From a virus, in the IMG/VR virus record IMGVR_UViG_3300045988_183350: a stretch of 64,000 nt of DNA; one strand, 5' to 3'. Made by a program: the position numbers and the translations under genes. Below are positions 37,450 to 47,157 of this stretch, piece after piece; positions within the stretch are counted from its first letter, which is position 1; every line of letters begins with the position of its first letter. The notes beneath the pieces are model-generated. The model did not search any database, was not told the origin of the DNA, and was given only the letters and a program-made list of their open reading frames with translations.

Positions 37450-38160
37450 TTATAAATCAAATGCAATCGCATTTTTAGTAGTTGTTTCAGGTTTAAAATC
37501 GACAGGTTCACTTAATCGTACAAGAGTCGCTAAATATTTAAACTGAAAGAAATCTTTAAAGCCATCAGGTGATTCAAATAAAACACGGCTAATTTTTGAA
37601 GGGTATTCAACATCAATCGCCAATTTAAAGGTTGGATAATCAGTAACCCATTGTTTAACTTTTGCGGGCAAACTACCACCAAATCTGCCAGTAAATGTGC
37701 GATAACCTAATGAAACAATGGTTGATGCTCGCTCTTTAATGTCAGCATTAGCATGAATCGAAAATGTAATGTCAGGATATTGAGCAAAAATACCTTTTAG
37801 CGTACTAATTCCATTTGTATCAATGAAGTCGCGAATATCAAGTCCAACTTTGCGAAAACGTGAAAATTCGACTGTTACAACACCGTCATAGTCATCCCAA
37901 TCGTCTTTGTCACTGTAAATTAGTTTAACTAAATCAGTAAAAATGTCATATAATTCCTCATTCATATAAGGTTTTTGAACATGAATTTTAAAATCATTTC
38001 TTTTAAGAACTGGTCCAACCAATGATTCAACTTTAAAATACAAGTCGAAACTATGCAAAGCTGGGTAATACTCAATGCCATCAAGCCCAGTTTTGCAATA
38101 CTCAGACAAATAAGTAATCGCTTGTTTAGACAGTGGCTCAACGCCATGTGTTTGTGTCAT
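37450..38160 (-). CDS. Family-A-related protein (236 aa), C-terminal tail ...NAIAFDL
   Basis: ORF with 11-nt spacing to the upstream gene; same C-terminal tail motif. Confidence 0.5.
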   Translation of the reverse strand: MTQTHGVEPLSKQAITYLSEYCKTGLDGIEYYPALHSFDLYFKVESLVGPVLKRNDFKIHVQKPYMNEELYDIFTDLVKLIYSDKDDWDDYDGVVTVEFSRFRKVGLDIRDFIDTNGISTLKGIFAQYPDITFSIHANADIKERASTIVSLGYRTFTGRFGGSLPAKVKQWVTDYPTFKLAIDVEYPSKISRVLFESPDGFKDFFQFKYLATLVRLSEPVDFKPETTTKNAIAFDL

Positions 38161-38171
38161 AAAAGTCCTCC

Positions 38172-38939
38172 TTATAAATCAAAATTTGTATTGCCATTAA
38201 TAATAGCCACAGGTTTAATATAAGGCATAATAAGGTCTAAATATTTAACCGGAAATTCGAATGTATCACCTTGTGTAATGTCTGTGCGAACGACACTAAA
38301 CGCATTGCGATGCAAGAAACTAGTTGTAAATGTAAATTCGCTCATCTTATCAAAATGTGATACAATATGTTTGTTTACAAAAAGCTTTTGACTATAAGAT
38401 AACCCAATATCAATAGACTTAACAAATCCGTCATAGTCGTCAAAACAATAAGTAGGTGTTGTGATAATTGAATTCATCTCAGCTAAAATATAATCATAGC
38501 CCCAAATGTCATAAGCATTGTCACTAGCTGATACCTTGTCGACAAAGTTTTTAATATCTGTTAGCCCTTGTTTTCGCAAATATGTACCAAAATCAGACGA
38601 GTATGTACTCCAATAAATTTCGAAACATCCATAATCCAACAACTGATTTTTCAAATTATTATTGTTAGACGCTAAAATCATATTTTCAATTTTGTCAGCC
38701 AGATTTTGTACAAGTGATTGGTCTTTCCAAGCATTCAAATTAAATGTAATTGATACAGTCTCTTTAGTAAATGGCAATTTAACATAAAATTTAAATAAAT
38801 TGACGGTATTGCCATTGATAACCTCACGTGAGATTTTGTTTATAGTAAATGCCTTTGGATGAGTACGTACTAATTCTTTCAAATACGCAAATGTTTTTTC
38901 ATCTAATGTTTTAATATTATTATTTAGTTGTTCAGTCAT
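38172..38939 (-). CDS. Family-A paralog (255 aa), C-terminal tail ...GNTNFDL
   Basis: Closely paralogous to 38951-39694 (FAYLKELVRTHPKAF; EFTFTTSFLHRNAFSVVRT). Confidence 0.55.
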   Translation of the reverse strand: MTEQLNNNIKTLDEKTFAYLKELVRTHPKAFTINKISREVINGNTVNLFKFYVKLPFTKETVSITFNLNAWKDQSLVQNLADKIENMILASNNNNLKNQLLDYGCFEIYWSTYSSDFGTYLRKQGLTDIKNFVDKVSASDNAYDIWGYDYILAEMNSIITTPTYCFDDYDGFVKSIDIGLSYSQKLFVNKHIVSHFDKMSEFTFTTSFLHRNAFSVVRTDITQGDTFEFPVKYLDLIMPYIKPVAIINGNTNFDL

Positions 38940-38950
38940 AAAATCTTCCT

Positions 38951-39694
38951 TTATAAATCAAAACTTGTATTGTTTGCTTGCATGTTAGGCGTGAGTTCCA
39001 CATAAGGCATAAGAAATTCCAAATATTTAGTTGGAAATTCGACAATATTGCCTTGTGTTTTTGTGATTCTTACGATACTGTGAGCAGGCTTATATATAAA
39101 GCTCGAAGTAAATGTAAATGTGTCAGATTCAGCTAATTTTGAAACAATATTTTTATTACAATAATTTCTAGCTTTTGATGGCAAGCAATTTACATCAGTA
39201 ACAAAGCCGTCAAAGTTGGTAAAATGATAAACTGGTGTCGTAATAAGCGAATTAATCTCAATGAAAATTAAATGTTCAGCATCAATATCCACAGCACTTG
39301 ATTCTGATACTTTATCAAAGAATGTCGATACCTGTGTCAAGTTAAGATTTTTCAAATAAAACTCACAATCGGCCTTGTACAAATCCCAGCTAATAGTTAC
39401 TAAGCCGTCATTACGAGCTAACATATCTTTAAGCTCGTCATAATCCGACCCTAAAATGATATTGTCGATTTTGTCAGTTAAATTTGTAACAAATTCTTTG
39501 TCGCCTAATTCATTTATACTAAATGTAATATTAACTTCAGACTTTGTGAAAGGCAATTTAGCAGCGAACTCAAACAAGTAATAAGCTCGGCTATCGCTCT
39601 TGTTAATATCCCGATAAATGCAACACAAGCGAAATGCCTTTGGATGTGTTCGTGACAGTTCTTTTAAGTAATTAAAAGCTTTTTGTTCAGTCAT
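38951..39694 (-). CDS. Family-A paralog (about 247 aa), C-terminal tail ...NNTSFDL; first gene of the array
   Basis: Start MTEQKAF after the conserved leader GAAATGAGG (the track ORF start at 39709 is the in-leader ATG); promoter at 39726-39760 (-). Confidence 0.55.
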   Translation of the reverse strand: MTEQKAFNYLKELSRTHPKAFRLCCIYRDINKSDSRAYYLFEFAAKLPFTKSEVNITFSINELGDKEFVTNLTDKIDNIILGSDYDELKDMLARNDGLVTISWDLYKADCEFYLKNLNLTQVSTFFDKVSESSAVDIDAEHLIFIEINSLITTPVYHFTNFDGFVTDVNCLPSKARNYCNKNIVSKLAESDTFTFTSSFIYKPAHSIVRITKTQGNIVEFPTKYLEFLMPYVELTPNMQANNTSFDL

Positions 39695-39759
39695 ATGAAT
39701 TAACCTCATTTCTTATTTAGTCATTTTATTATAACACGTCTTATTTAAAAGTAAACCTT

Positions 39760-39995
39760 TTTATAAAAATAACTTATTTTAAAATTAAGTTTGTAACTTT
39801 ATATAAAAATCGTAAAACACGCCCGATTAGACCAATTTTTCACATAAAATGTACGCGAAGTCTTTAATACCAATGCTTTAATAGCTATGCTATCTTTTAA
39901 TTGGTACTCAACGCTTCGTTCGAGTTTTTACTTTAAAATTGATTTTCGTCGGGCAAAAAATCGAATTTCGGATAATTTTATAACATACTAAAAGT
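39760..39995. repeat. ~240-bp inverted-repeat arm (partner at 48600-48845, about 85% identical)
   Basis: Direct comparison, e.g. 'aaataacttattttaaaattaagtttgtaacttta..cgtaaaaca/gcgcccgattagaccaatttt...ctaaaagtatgctata'. Confidence 0.7.
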
Positions 39996-40039
39996 ATGCT
40001 ATAGGCAAAAATAAAAAAATCTTTAAATTTATTCAAATA

Positions 40040-40083
40040 AACGGCTTACAGTAAATGAATTTTATGATATAATAAAGATATAA
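40040..40083 (+). promoter_or_regulatory. Conserved-type promoter (CGGCTTACAG ... TTATGATATAAT)
   Basis: Motif match upstream of CDS 40109. Confidence 0.5.
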
Positions 40084-40108
40084 ATTTAAAAAGAAGAGGT
40101 ACATTTCA

Positions 40109-40351
40109 ATGTATAAAATTGATAACTCCGTAAGTCTTAATGACTTCGACACAATTTCACAATATATCAAATGGCTTTGCAAGCGTAAAGGTATTACGAT
40201 TAAAAAAATGTGCGAGAATACCGGCTATAAGTATAATACAATCGCAGGTAATTATAAAAATCAATATTTAAGTCGTCAAACGTTGGTTGACGTGATTAAT
40301 TACTTGGAAGGCGATTTTAATATCGCTATGAACTTGCCTTACAGAAAATAA
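40109..40351 (+). CDS. Small hypothetical protein
   Basis: 80 aa; RBS AGAGG. Confidence 0.45.
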   Translation: MYKIDNSVSLNDFDTISQYIKWLCKRKGITIKKMCENTGYKYNTIAGNYKNQYLSRQTLVDVINYLEGDFNIAMNLPYRK

Positions 40352-40442
40352 AAGAAAGGACTACTTTTAAAAGTAGACCTTGATACAAAAGATGAATCTC
40401 TGTATTTATTATATCAAGGTTTACCGAAAAAGTAAATAGTTT

Positions 40443-42149
40443 ATGATGAAATTATTTGATACTAAAGATGATTTTAAAAATCATATCAAATCACTCGTCC
40501 GTAAAGCTAGTCCATTATTAAATGAAGGCAAACCTGTTACAACTCTTAGAACTCCTGAAGTAGTCGAACATCTTGATACATGTTTAGACTTAATTTATGA
40601 AAAAGAAATTGTCGAGAGTACCGTTACATTCAGATGGTATTATCGCAATTATGACTCATATCTTTACAATGAATTAACGTCTAATGAACTAAAGGCACTT
40701 ATCAGGTTAATTGCGAAAGGTATTGGTGCAAAAAATTATGATTTAGCTAAAATCGCTTACAGTGTCGTCGACGAATTAAATGCCGGCGCATCGTATGACG
40801 AACTTAAAGCTAAACCATACAAAAAACCACCATGGAATTATGTACTAACAGTTAATGGGATATTCAATCTCAAATCAGCTGAATTCTATACAATTGATTC
40901 AGATAAATACAAACAGTTAGTTACAACATATCACTTTTTTAATAATGTCACAATTAGCTATTATGAACAACCACATAATAAGTCGAAATTTGAATTGTAT
41001 AAAACATACATGGACTCATTATGCAACGGTGAGGAAGACTTACAAAAGTTACTCAAACAAGGAATGTTTGCCGTTATCGAAGGTAATGGACGACATAAAT
41101 ATTTTATGATTTCCGGAGACCCAGGTATTGGGAAATCTACGTTAGGCTATTTGTTTATGGCACTAGCTGGACAAGCAAATACTAAAATATTGAATATTGA
41201 CAAATTAGCAAATAATAACGCAATTAATGCAATTTCGCCGCAGACAAGATTGATTATTGGCGACGACTTAAAAAATAATGCGAAAATTTCAGACGATGCA
41301 ATTACAAACTATAAAATTTTAGTGGATGGTAATGCGTTGTCAGCTGAAGTTAAATACGAGCACAATCGTATTATTAAAACAAATGCGTTTTGGATGCAAA
41401 TGATGAATGAAGCACCAAGGATTTACGAGGCCGGTGAAGCAATTACAGACCGAACGATTTTTATTCACTTAAAAGGGAAAAATCACAGGAATGACAAAGA
41501 AGCCGCAGCTAAAGAAATGGCTAAACGTTTAGACGAGTATTTAGGCCGACGTGGGAATGGCATTGACCAGGAATTTATTAATGAGATTGCGTCAGATGTA
41601 TTAAGAAGTATTAAATACTTTGACGAATTTGATATTCCAGAGTCAATTAAGAAAGCAACAGCTAATATGGTTAATGAAAATAACTGGATGCACCAGTTTA
41701 TTGACCATGCCACAGAAGTTGGTTTGTTCGAATTTAATACATTGAAGCAATCAACAATTGTCTCATGTGTGGAACTGTTTTTACGTGAGAATAATCCAGG
41801 CATGACTATTCCAGCAGCAAGACGGATTGTTAAAGAGTGGAAAAAACAGCTGGATGATTTGGGTTATAAAGAAGAAACTGTTCGTCAACGTAGTGTACCA
41901 GAGATTGATTACAATGCAGACATTATAAAAAATTATATGTTTGAAGGATTCAATGACAAAAACACAATGACAACAATGTATTCTAAAACAAGAGGCAGAA
42001 TTGACGACAAAAATATTAAGAAATTTGAAGCCGAACTTGAACAAGGGTTGGTTCCAAAAGAATTGTCAATACGACAAATGATTATGCTTGAGCATTTAAT
42101 CAGTAAAGGCAATTTAACTGCAGCAAGTTATAAAACAGATGCAAAATGA
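40443..42149 (+). CDS. P-loop NTPase (putative replication initiator / SF3-like helicase)
   Basis: Walker A 'ISGDPGIGKSTLGY'; large N-terminal domain; followed by a 2.4-kb repeat-rich non-coding region. Confidence 0.45.
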   Translation: MMKLFDTKDDFKNHIKSLVRKASPLLNEGKPVTTLRTPEVVEHLDTCLDLIYEKEIVESTVTFRWYYRNYDSYLYNELTSNELKALIRLIAKGIGAKNYDLAKIAYSVVDELNAGASYDELKAKPYKKPPWNYVLTVNGIFNLKSAEFYTIDSDKYKQLVTTYHFFNNVTISYYEQPHNKSKFELYKTYMDSLCNGEEDLQKLLKQGMFAVIEGNGRHKYFMISGDPGIGKSTLGYLFMALAGQANTKILNIDKLANNNAINAISPQTRLIIGDDLKNNAKISDDAITNYKILVDGNALSAEVKYEHNRIIKTNAFWMQMMNEAPRIYEAGEAITDRTIFIHLKGKNHRNDKEAAAKEMAKRLDEYLGRRGNGIDQEFINEIASDVLRSIKYFDEFDIPESIKKATANMVNENNWMHQFIDHATEVGLFEFNTLKQSTIVSCVELFLRENNPGMTIPAARRIVKEWKKQLDDLGYKEETVRQRSVPEIDYNADIIKNYMFEGFNDKNTMTTMYSKTRGRIDDKNIKKFEAELEQGLVPKELSIRQMIMLEHLISKGNLTAASYKTDAK

Positions 42150-44636
42150 ACTTATTGATTTAAGTTTATTTTTTTTTTTATATAAAAACTTGACAAAAAA
42201 TCAGAAGCGTGCGTGAATGGGTTTTTTCATGCACAAATTTAGTGAATTAACTGGTACGTATACTGTCGAGCTAACTCTAATTATTACTGGTGAATTACAG
42301 GATATTTACTGTAAGTATTGGTAATCATACTGTTCATGATACTGTGCATGAACTTTTTTTCATGCACGAATTTAGTGAATTAACTGGTAGACATACTATC
42401 AAGATGACGTTGGTTATTACTGGTGAATACAGATAAATTACAGGATATTTACAGTAAGTATTGGTAATTATACTGTTCATGATACTGTGCGCGAACTTTT
42501 TTCGCGCACAAACTTAACCTATTACTTGATACTGTTGGTACAGGGATGATACTGGTAAAAATAGGTAAATTTTAGGGTATTTACCGTAAGTATTGGTAAT
42601 CATACTGTTCATGATACTGTGCGCGAACTAGGGTATACTTTCGTACGCGCACACTTTCGCGCACGCTTCCTCAAGTACTGGTATTCTTACGTAAATTAAC
42701 AGTGAATTTAGGTGTACTACCGTACACGCACACCTTCACGCACACCGTCCTGACTATTGGTAACCATGAGTTATGCACACTTCGTGTGCATATAAATTTA
42801 AAAAATAGTACAAAAGAATATTTTTTTAACTTTTATTTTATTAAAAAAAAAGTTGTATTTCATATAGGTTACAGCCAATTTTTGTGAATTCACGCACACT
42901 GCGTGTGCGGAAGGTAAGAGTACCAGTAATTAGAAGGTTGTGCATGAAGGTGTGCGTCTAATTTTGCTCACGCACAAATTTGAATTTGCGAGGTCGACAG
43001 CGAGCTGTCTCTCAATCAAATGGGAAATTGTGGTCCGAAAAAATTACGCGCACACTCTTACGCACACATATACTGTTTGCTTGATAGTCAATACATTGGT
43101 CAAATTTATGGTTAAAAAATAAATTTACCGTATGATAGTGTAAATTGACTGGTAATCAACTAAAGTAAAAGAGTTGTGCACGTAATTAGGTGTACTTACG
43201 TACACGCACAGTTCATGCACAGTTACGCACAGTAATTGACTGTCATATATCCGTCAAATTTATGGTTAAAAAATAAATTTACTGTATCATACCGTAAATT
43301 GGCTGGTACCCAACTAAAGTAAAGAGATTGTTCATATAATTAGGTATACTTACGTACGCGCACAACTTAATGATTTTGCGTAAATATTTGGCTAATCAAA
43401 ACACATACTCAGATAAATTATACAAAGAATTACTCGCACATATGACTAATCCTAAACGCATTACCGTATAAATTATAAGCAGATACGGTTATAACATTAA
43501 ATGATTCAAGTAAAACTTAAGACAAAGTTATTGGATGAGTTAAGACATTTAATGATACAAAAATAACTAATTGCAAAAAACCTTAAATAAGTCTAAATGA
43601 ATGATGAGGTAGAGGTATGTGGCAGGCCATAGACTATTATGTTTAATAGTTTAAAAGCAGAATTTGCTAGCACTTTGCAGTCATGCAGTAAATTTTTTCA
43701 AGAAATAATATCCTGAATTTTTTTGGGATATTATTTTTTTATTTCAAGAAACTTGTAAAAATAAATTTTTGTGCAGTAAAAGCGCACGGCAAAAAAATAC
43801 TGCACAATTTTGACTATAATGATTGAGTACCTGTAAATACAGTTAAATATTCTTTTGATTTTGTTTAATTTGATTTAATTTTATGAAATTTTCATTGTAC
43901 TGGTACTCAATACCTTTATTATACTGTGCGCTATAATAGTATACCAAAATTTGGTGCACAGTTTGGTGCACACGCTGTTGACTATTGGTACACAACAGTT
44001 ATTTGACTGTTGATTTCAGGTATACTATTATAGCGCACAACTTGGTGCACAAATATCTTTTGCTTGGTACTGTTACAATCCACACACGTTGTGTGCGGTA
44101 TTTTTTAAAATTTATATCAAAAGAATATTTTTTTATTTTTTATTTTATTAAAAAAAAAGTTGTATTTCATATAGGTTACAGCCTGTTTTCCTGTTTTGCT
44201 GCACGCAGCGCGTGCAGACATCAACTATACCAGTTAAAAGGTATGTGTGCAGTAAGTTGTGCGGTAAATTTTCTTGGTGCACAAATTTGACTTTGCCAAG
44301 TCGACAGCGCGCTGTCGCTCAATCAAAGCGTCAATCTTGAAAGACCGAAAAATAGTGCACAACTTGCTGCACAGGTATCTTGACAGTAAGAGTACCAATC
44401 CATACGGCTGGTTTTCTGTAAATCGCAATTTTATACCAAAATTCAACTGTATAGTCTGTGTACCAAATAAAAGTAAGTAAAATCCAAAAATCATGCACCA
44501 AAAATTTTTTCCTGCACGCAATATTAACCTTTACCTTGATTACCAGTAGTTCGGCTGAGATTTTTTACTGCACAACTTAATGATTTTGCTTCAATTTTTC
44601 CTGAAAAATAAAAAATAAGCAGTAAAATTTTACTGC
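42150..44636. repeat. Repeat-rich non-coding region (second origin / packaging / terminal-repeat candidate)
   Basis: No credible ORF; three copies of TGGTAATCATACTGTTCATGATACTGTGC (about 42320, 42460, 42600); many GTGCGCG/TGCACAA boxes; two palindromes GTCGACAGCG(A/C)GCTGTC (42992-43010, 44302-44320); ~100-bp unit duplicated at 43105-43205 / 43270-43370; ~70-bp unit duplicated at 42810-42880 / 44110-44180. Confidence 0.7.
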
Positions 44637-44999
44637 TTAATAATAGTAATAATATCCATTCCATTCGTACATTCCGTAACCAAATTCATCTGTGTAATTG
44701 TACCAATAACCGTCATTGCCATAATAACCATATGAAATGTAATTACCTTGATAATCATAATACTGAAATTCGTTCGGATAACTCACATAAATTGAATCCG
44801 TTGTCATTGCCTGATTATCCTCTGCATAATAATTATTGTCATTATAAGTATTCACGTTTGTGTTATTTACATATGACCATGCTGGTGGTTGATGATTTCC
44901 ACCCATTACCTCACCTTCATCAGCTGACGCTAGTACAGGCATCATTGCGGGCAATACTGATACAGTTCCGAGTGCAATTGTTTTCAACTTGTTTGTCAT
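44637..44999 (-). CDS. Secreted Tyr/Asn/Gly-rich small protein
   Basis: Signal peptide MTNKLKTIALGTVSVLPAMMPVLASA; C-terminal half is more than 30% Tyr; RBS AAAGGGGA. Confidence 0.45.
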   Translation of the reverse strand: MTNKLKTIALGTVSVLPAMMPVLASADEGEVMGGNHQPPAWSYVNNTNVNTYNDNNYYAEDNQAMTTDSIYVSYPNEFQYYDYQGNYISYGYYGNDGYWYNYTDEFGYGMYEWNGYYYYY

Positions 45000-45282
45000 A
45001 AAATAAATCCCCTTTATTTAGTATATCCCCATCATATCACATTTTCCTGTAATTTTAAATAGAATCAATTTTATAGCCCTTAAATCAGCCCGTATTGCGT
45101 CCAAAAACATTTTTAGTATAATCATATACCCACGCCACCAGACGCGATACAGAGCAAATTAGAGCTGTTTAAAGCAATGTAGCCTAAAAGTATGCTATAG
45201 TAAAAAGTCAACTAAAAAAGGCCGTAGACCCTATTTCACACTTAAGCAATGCTTAATTAAAACATAGGTTTGTTGGCCTTTT

Positions 45283-45672
45283 TTAGTTGACTTTTTTAGT
45301 CCTTGCGATTGTCGCTAAATAGTGTTCGTGATAATATGTATTAAACGTATCAAACACAGTTCTTGTTTCGGTGACATTCACATTATATTTACTCACAATA
45401 TCACGAATTTTTGAAACAGTTTCACTTAAGTTATCAATAGTTTTGTCAATTTTTTTGACGGCATCTTTGCCATATTGTTTGACAAGTGATTTTTTCAAAT
45501 CGTTTAGCTCATTTATCTTGTCGTCAAGATATGTTGTTGATGCCAAAATCTCGTCGATATTCTCAGACAAAGCTGTAAGTTCTTTGTCTAATCCCTTTGA
45601 GATATTTTCGAGTTTATCTGGATTTTTCAGCGAATTACCTTCTTGATATGACGTGTCAATTTTTGTAATCAT
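45283..45672 (-). CDS. Coiled-coil hypothetical protein
   Basis: 129 aa; RBS AAGGGAG. Confidence 0.45.
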   Translation of the reverse strand: MITKIDTSYQEGNSLKNPDKLENISKGLDKELTALSENIDEILASTTYLDDKINELNDLKKSLVKQYGKDAVKKIDKTIDNLSETVSKIRDIVSKYNVNVTETRTVFDTFNTYYHEHYLATIARTKKVN

Positions 45673-45683
45673 AATAAACTCCC

Positions 45684-46349
45684 TTAAATCATCTCAATCA
45701 AATAATTATTTGTCCAGCTGATTTCCATGCTTGGAATGTCTGAATTATCCTCTGTTTCGAGATTGAATTCAAGACCTTCTTTAGTGAGAAAATCCTCTAA
45801 AACAAATGTTAACTGTGTTCGTAGTTCTGACAAATACTGAATTCGCAATTTATTATTGATTATAGTTGAATTTTGAATTTTATAATGATTTTGCAACAAA
45901 CTGCGATTCATTAAAGCAAGTTTGTCTGTCAAATCTTTTAATGTTGGACAGTCTGTATCTTTAAAGTGGTCTCTGTATTTGATATTTTTTAAATACTCTG
46001 AAATCACTGCTTTAGTGATTAAACCTGTTTTTGAGTATGATGGTGAATAACCAAGAAGTTTTTCGAATAGGTCAATGTCCCAAGAATCAGATGATACAAA
46101 GAAGGTCGTATCACCTTTGCGAATCTTTTCAAGCATTTGCGTTTTAATATCATTGATAAAAATATCTTTTTTAAGAGACGTTTTTAACGCGGTCTCAAAC
46201 GTCGTATGTTGCAATTCAAAATATTTTTTTGTGTCATTAATAATATAATTGGCAAACTTAGCTGACAGGTCGTCAATAATCTTTGCAATACGTTTTTGGC
46301 GTTCTTGATAATCTTTATATTCTTTTTTTAGTTCGTCTTTAAAACTCAT
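45684..46349 (-). CDS. Hypothetical protein
   Basis: 221 aa; RBS AGGAGACG; 4-nt overlap with the upstream gene. Confidence 0.45.
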   Translation of the reverse strand: MSFKDELKKEYKDYQERQKRIAKIIDDLSAKFANYIINDTKKYFELQHTTFETALKTSLKKDIFINDIKTQMLEKIRKGDTTFFVSSDSWDIDLFEKLLGYSPSYSKTGLITKAVISEYLKNIKYRDHFKDTDCPTLKDLTDKLALMNRSLLQNHYKIQNSTIINNKLRIQYLSELRTQLTFVLEDFLTKEGLEFNLETEDNSDIPSMEISWTNNYLIEMI

Positions 46350-46999
46350 TCATCGTCTCCTGTATTATTTAGTGATTTAATGTCATCTTCACTTTGTGCG
46401 ATTGTTGTTAATCCTGTACGTACTGGGTGAATGTATAATCCACCATTTTCATAAGTACTAGCTTCAACTGTGATTTTACTTGGTTCACGATTTAGTTTAT
46501 AGAGGGCATATTCAGCGGCATTGATTCGGTAAGTTGTTCCAGAATTTTGGAAAGTGACAAAGTAGTCATCACTGTTTGGATTCTTCTCAACTTTTTGTAC
46601 AATACCTGTAATAAAGAATTGTGTCTTGCGTGGATTATGATTGGTCACCAGGTCTTTAAAAGGATAAACTTTATAAGGCAATCCAGAGTTGTTGTATTGG
46701 GTTACGGCATCTTCAAGGTGAGCATCCATTTCTTGTGGCGACAAGAAAGTTGATTTGCCAATATAATGCTGATTGTATTTAGCCACTACATTTTTATTGT
46801 AGTTGTGGAACATAACCGGAATGGCAAAAGCAGTGATAACGGCGATGACAGCTATGATTGCTGAGACTTTGGCACGTTTTTGATTTAGTGCAAAGTCATC
46901 TTGATGTTTAAAGTATTTAGCTGAGCCAAGAGTGTCTCTGAAATAATAGGTTGAAAAACCTGCTGCGACAATAGCAACAATAATTAATATAATAGTCAT
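46346..46999 (-). CDS. Membrane-anchored hypothetical protein
   Basis: N-terminal TM (MTIILIIVAIVAAGF) plus a second TM; RBS GAAAGGA. Confidence 0.45.
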   Translation of the reverse strand: MTIILIIVAIVAAGFSTYYFRDTLGSAKYFKHQDDFALNQKRAKVSAIIAVIAVITAFAIPVMFHNYNKNVVAKYNQHYIGKSTFLSPQEMDAHLEDAVTQYNNSGLPYKVYPFKDLVTNHNPRKTQFFITGIVQKVEKNPNSDDYFVTFQNSGTTYRINAAEYALYKLNREPSKITVEASTYENGGLYIHPVRTGLTTIAQSEDDIKSLNNTGDDE

Positions 47000-47084
47000 A
47001 AGATATAAGTCCTTTCATTAATTAAAGTTTAGTTTTATCTTATCTTTCAATAACTTAATTATATCACGTTTAAAATAAAAGTAA

Positions 47085-47108
47085 ACCTAGGTTTACTTTT
47101 ATGATTTT
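47085..47108. promoter_or_regulatory. Palindromic -35 region AAAAGTAAACC-TAG-GTTTACTTTT shared by divergent promoters (-10 TATGATATAAT on the plus strand at 47110-47120; ACGTGATATAAT on the minus strand)
   Basis: Direct reading; the sequence is its own reverse complement. Confidence 0.55.
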
Positions 47109-47157
47109 TATGATATAATAAAGATAACTAAATACCATTTAGAGGAGAGACGATTAA

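Noticed and set aside
26490-39709. ATG inside the conserved leader (gaaATGagg) as the real start codon of several genes
   Set aside because: It sits 5' of the Shine-Dalgarno GAGG and is out of frame for most genes. The downstream ATG at canonical spacing was taken as the start. The in-frame cases are noted only as possible minor N-terminal extensions.
42702-44521. Short track ORFs (42702-42887, 42940-43122, 43985-44290, 44234-44521, 44274-44480) inside the repeat-rich region
   Set aside because: No RBSs; sequences are built from the repeats themselves (low-complexity Thr/His/Cys runs); the region is better explained as non-coding.
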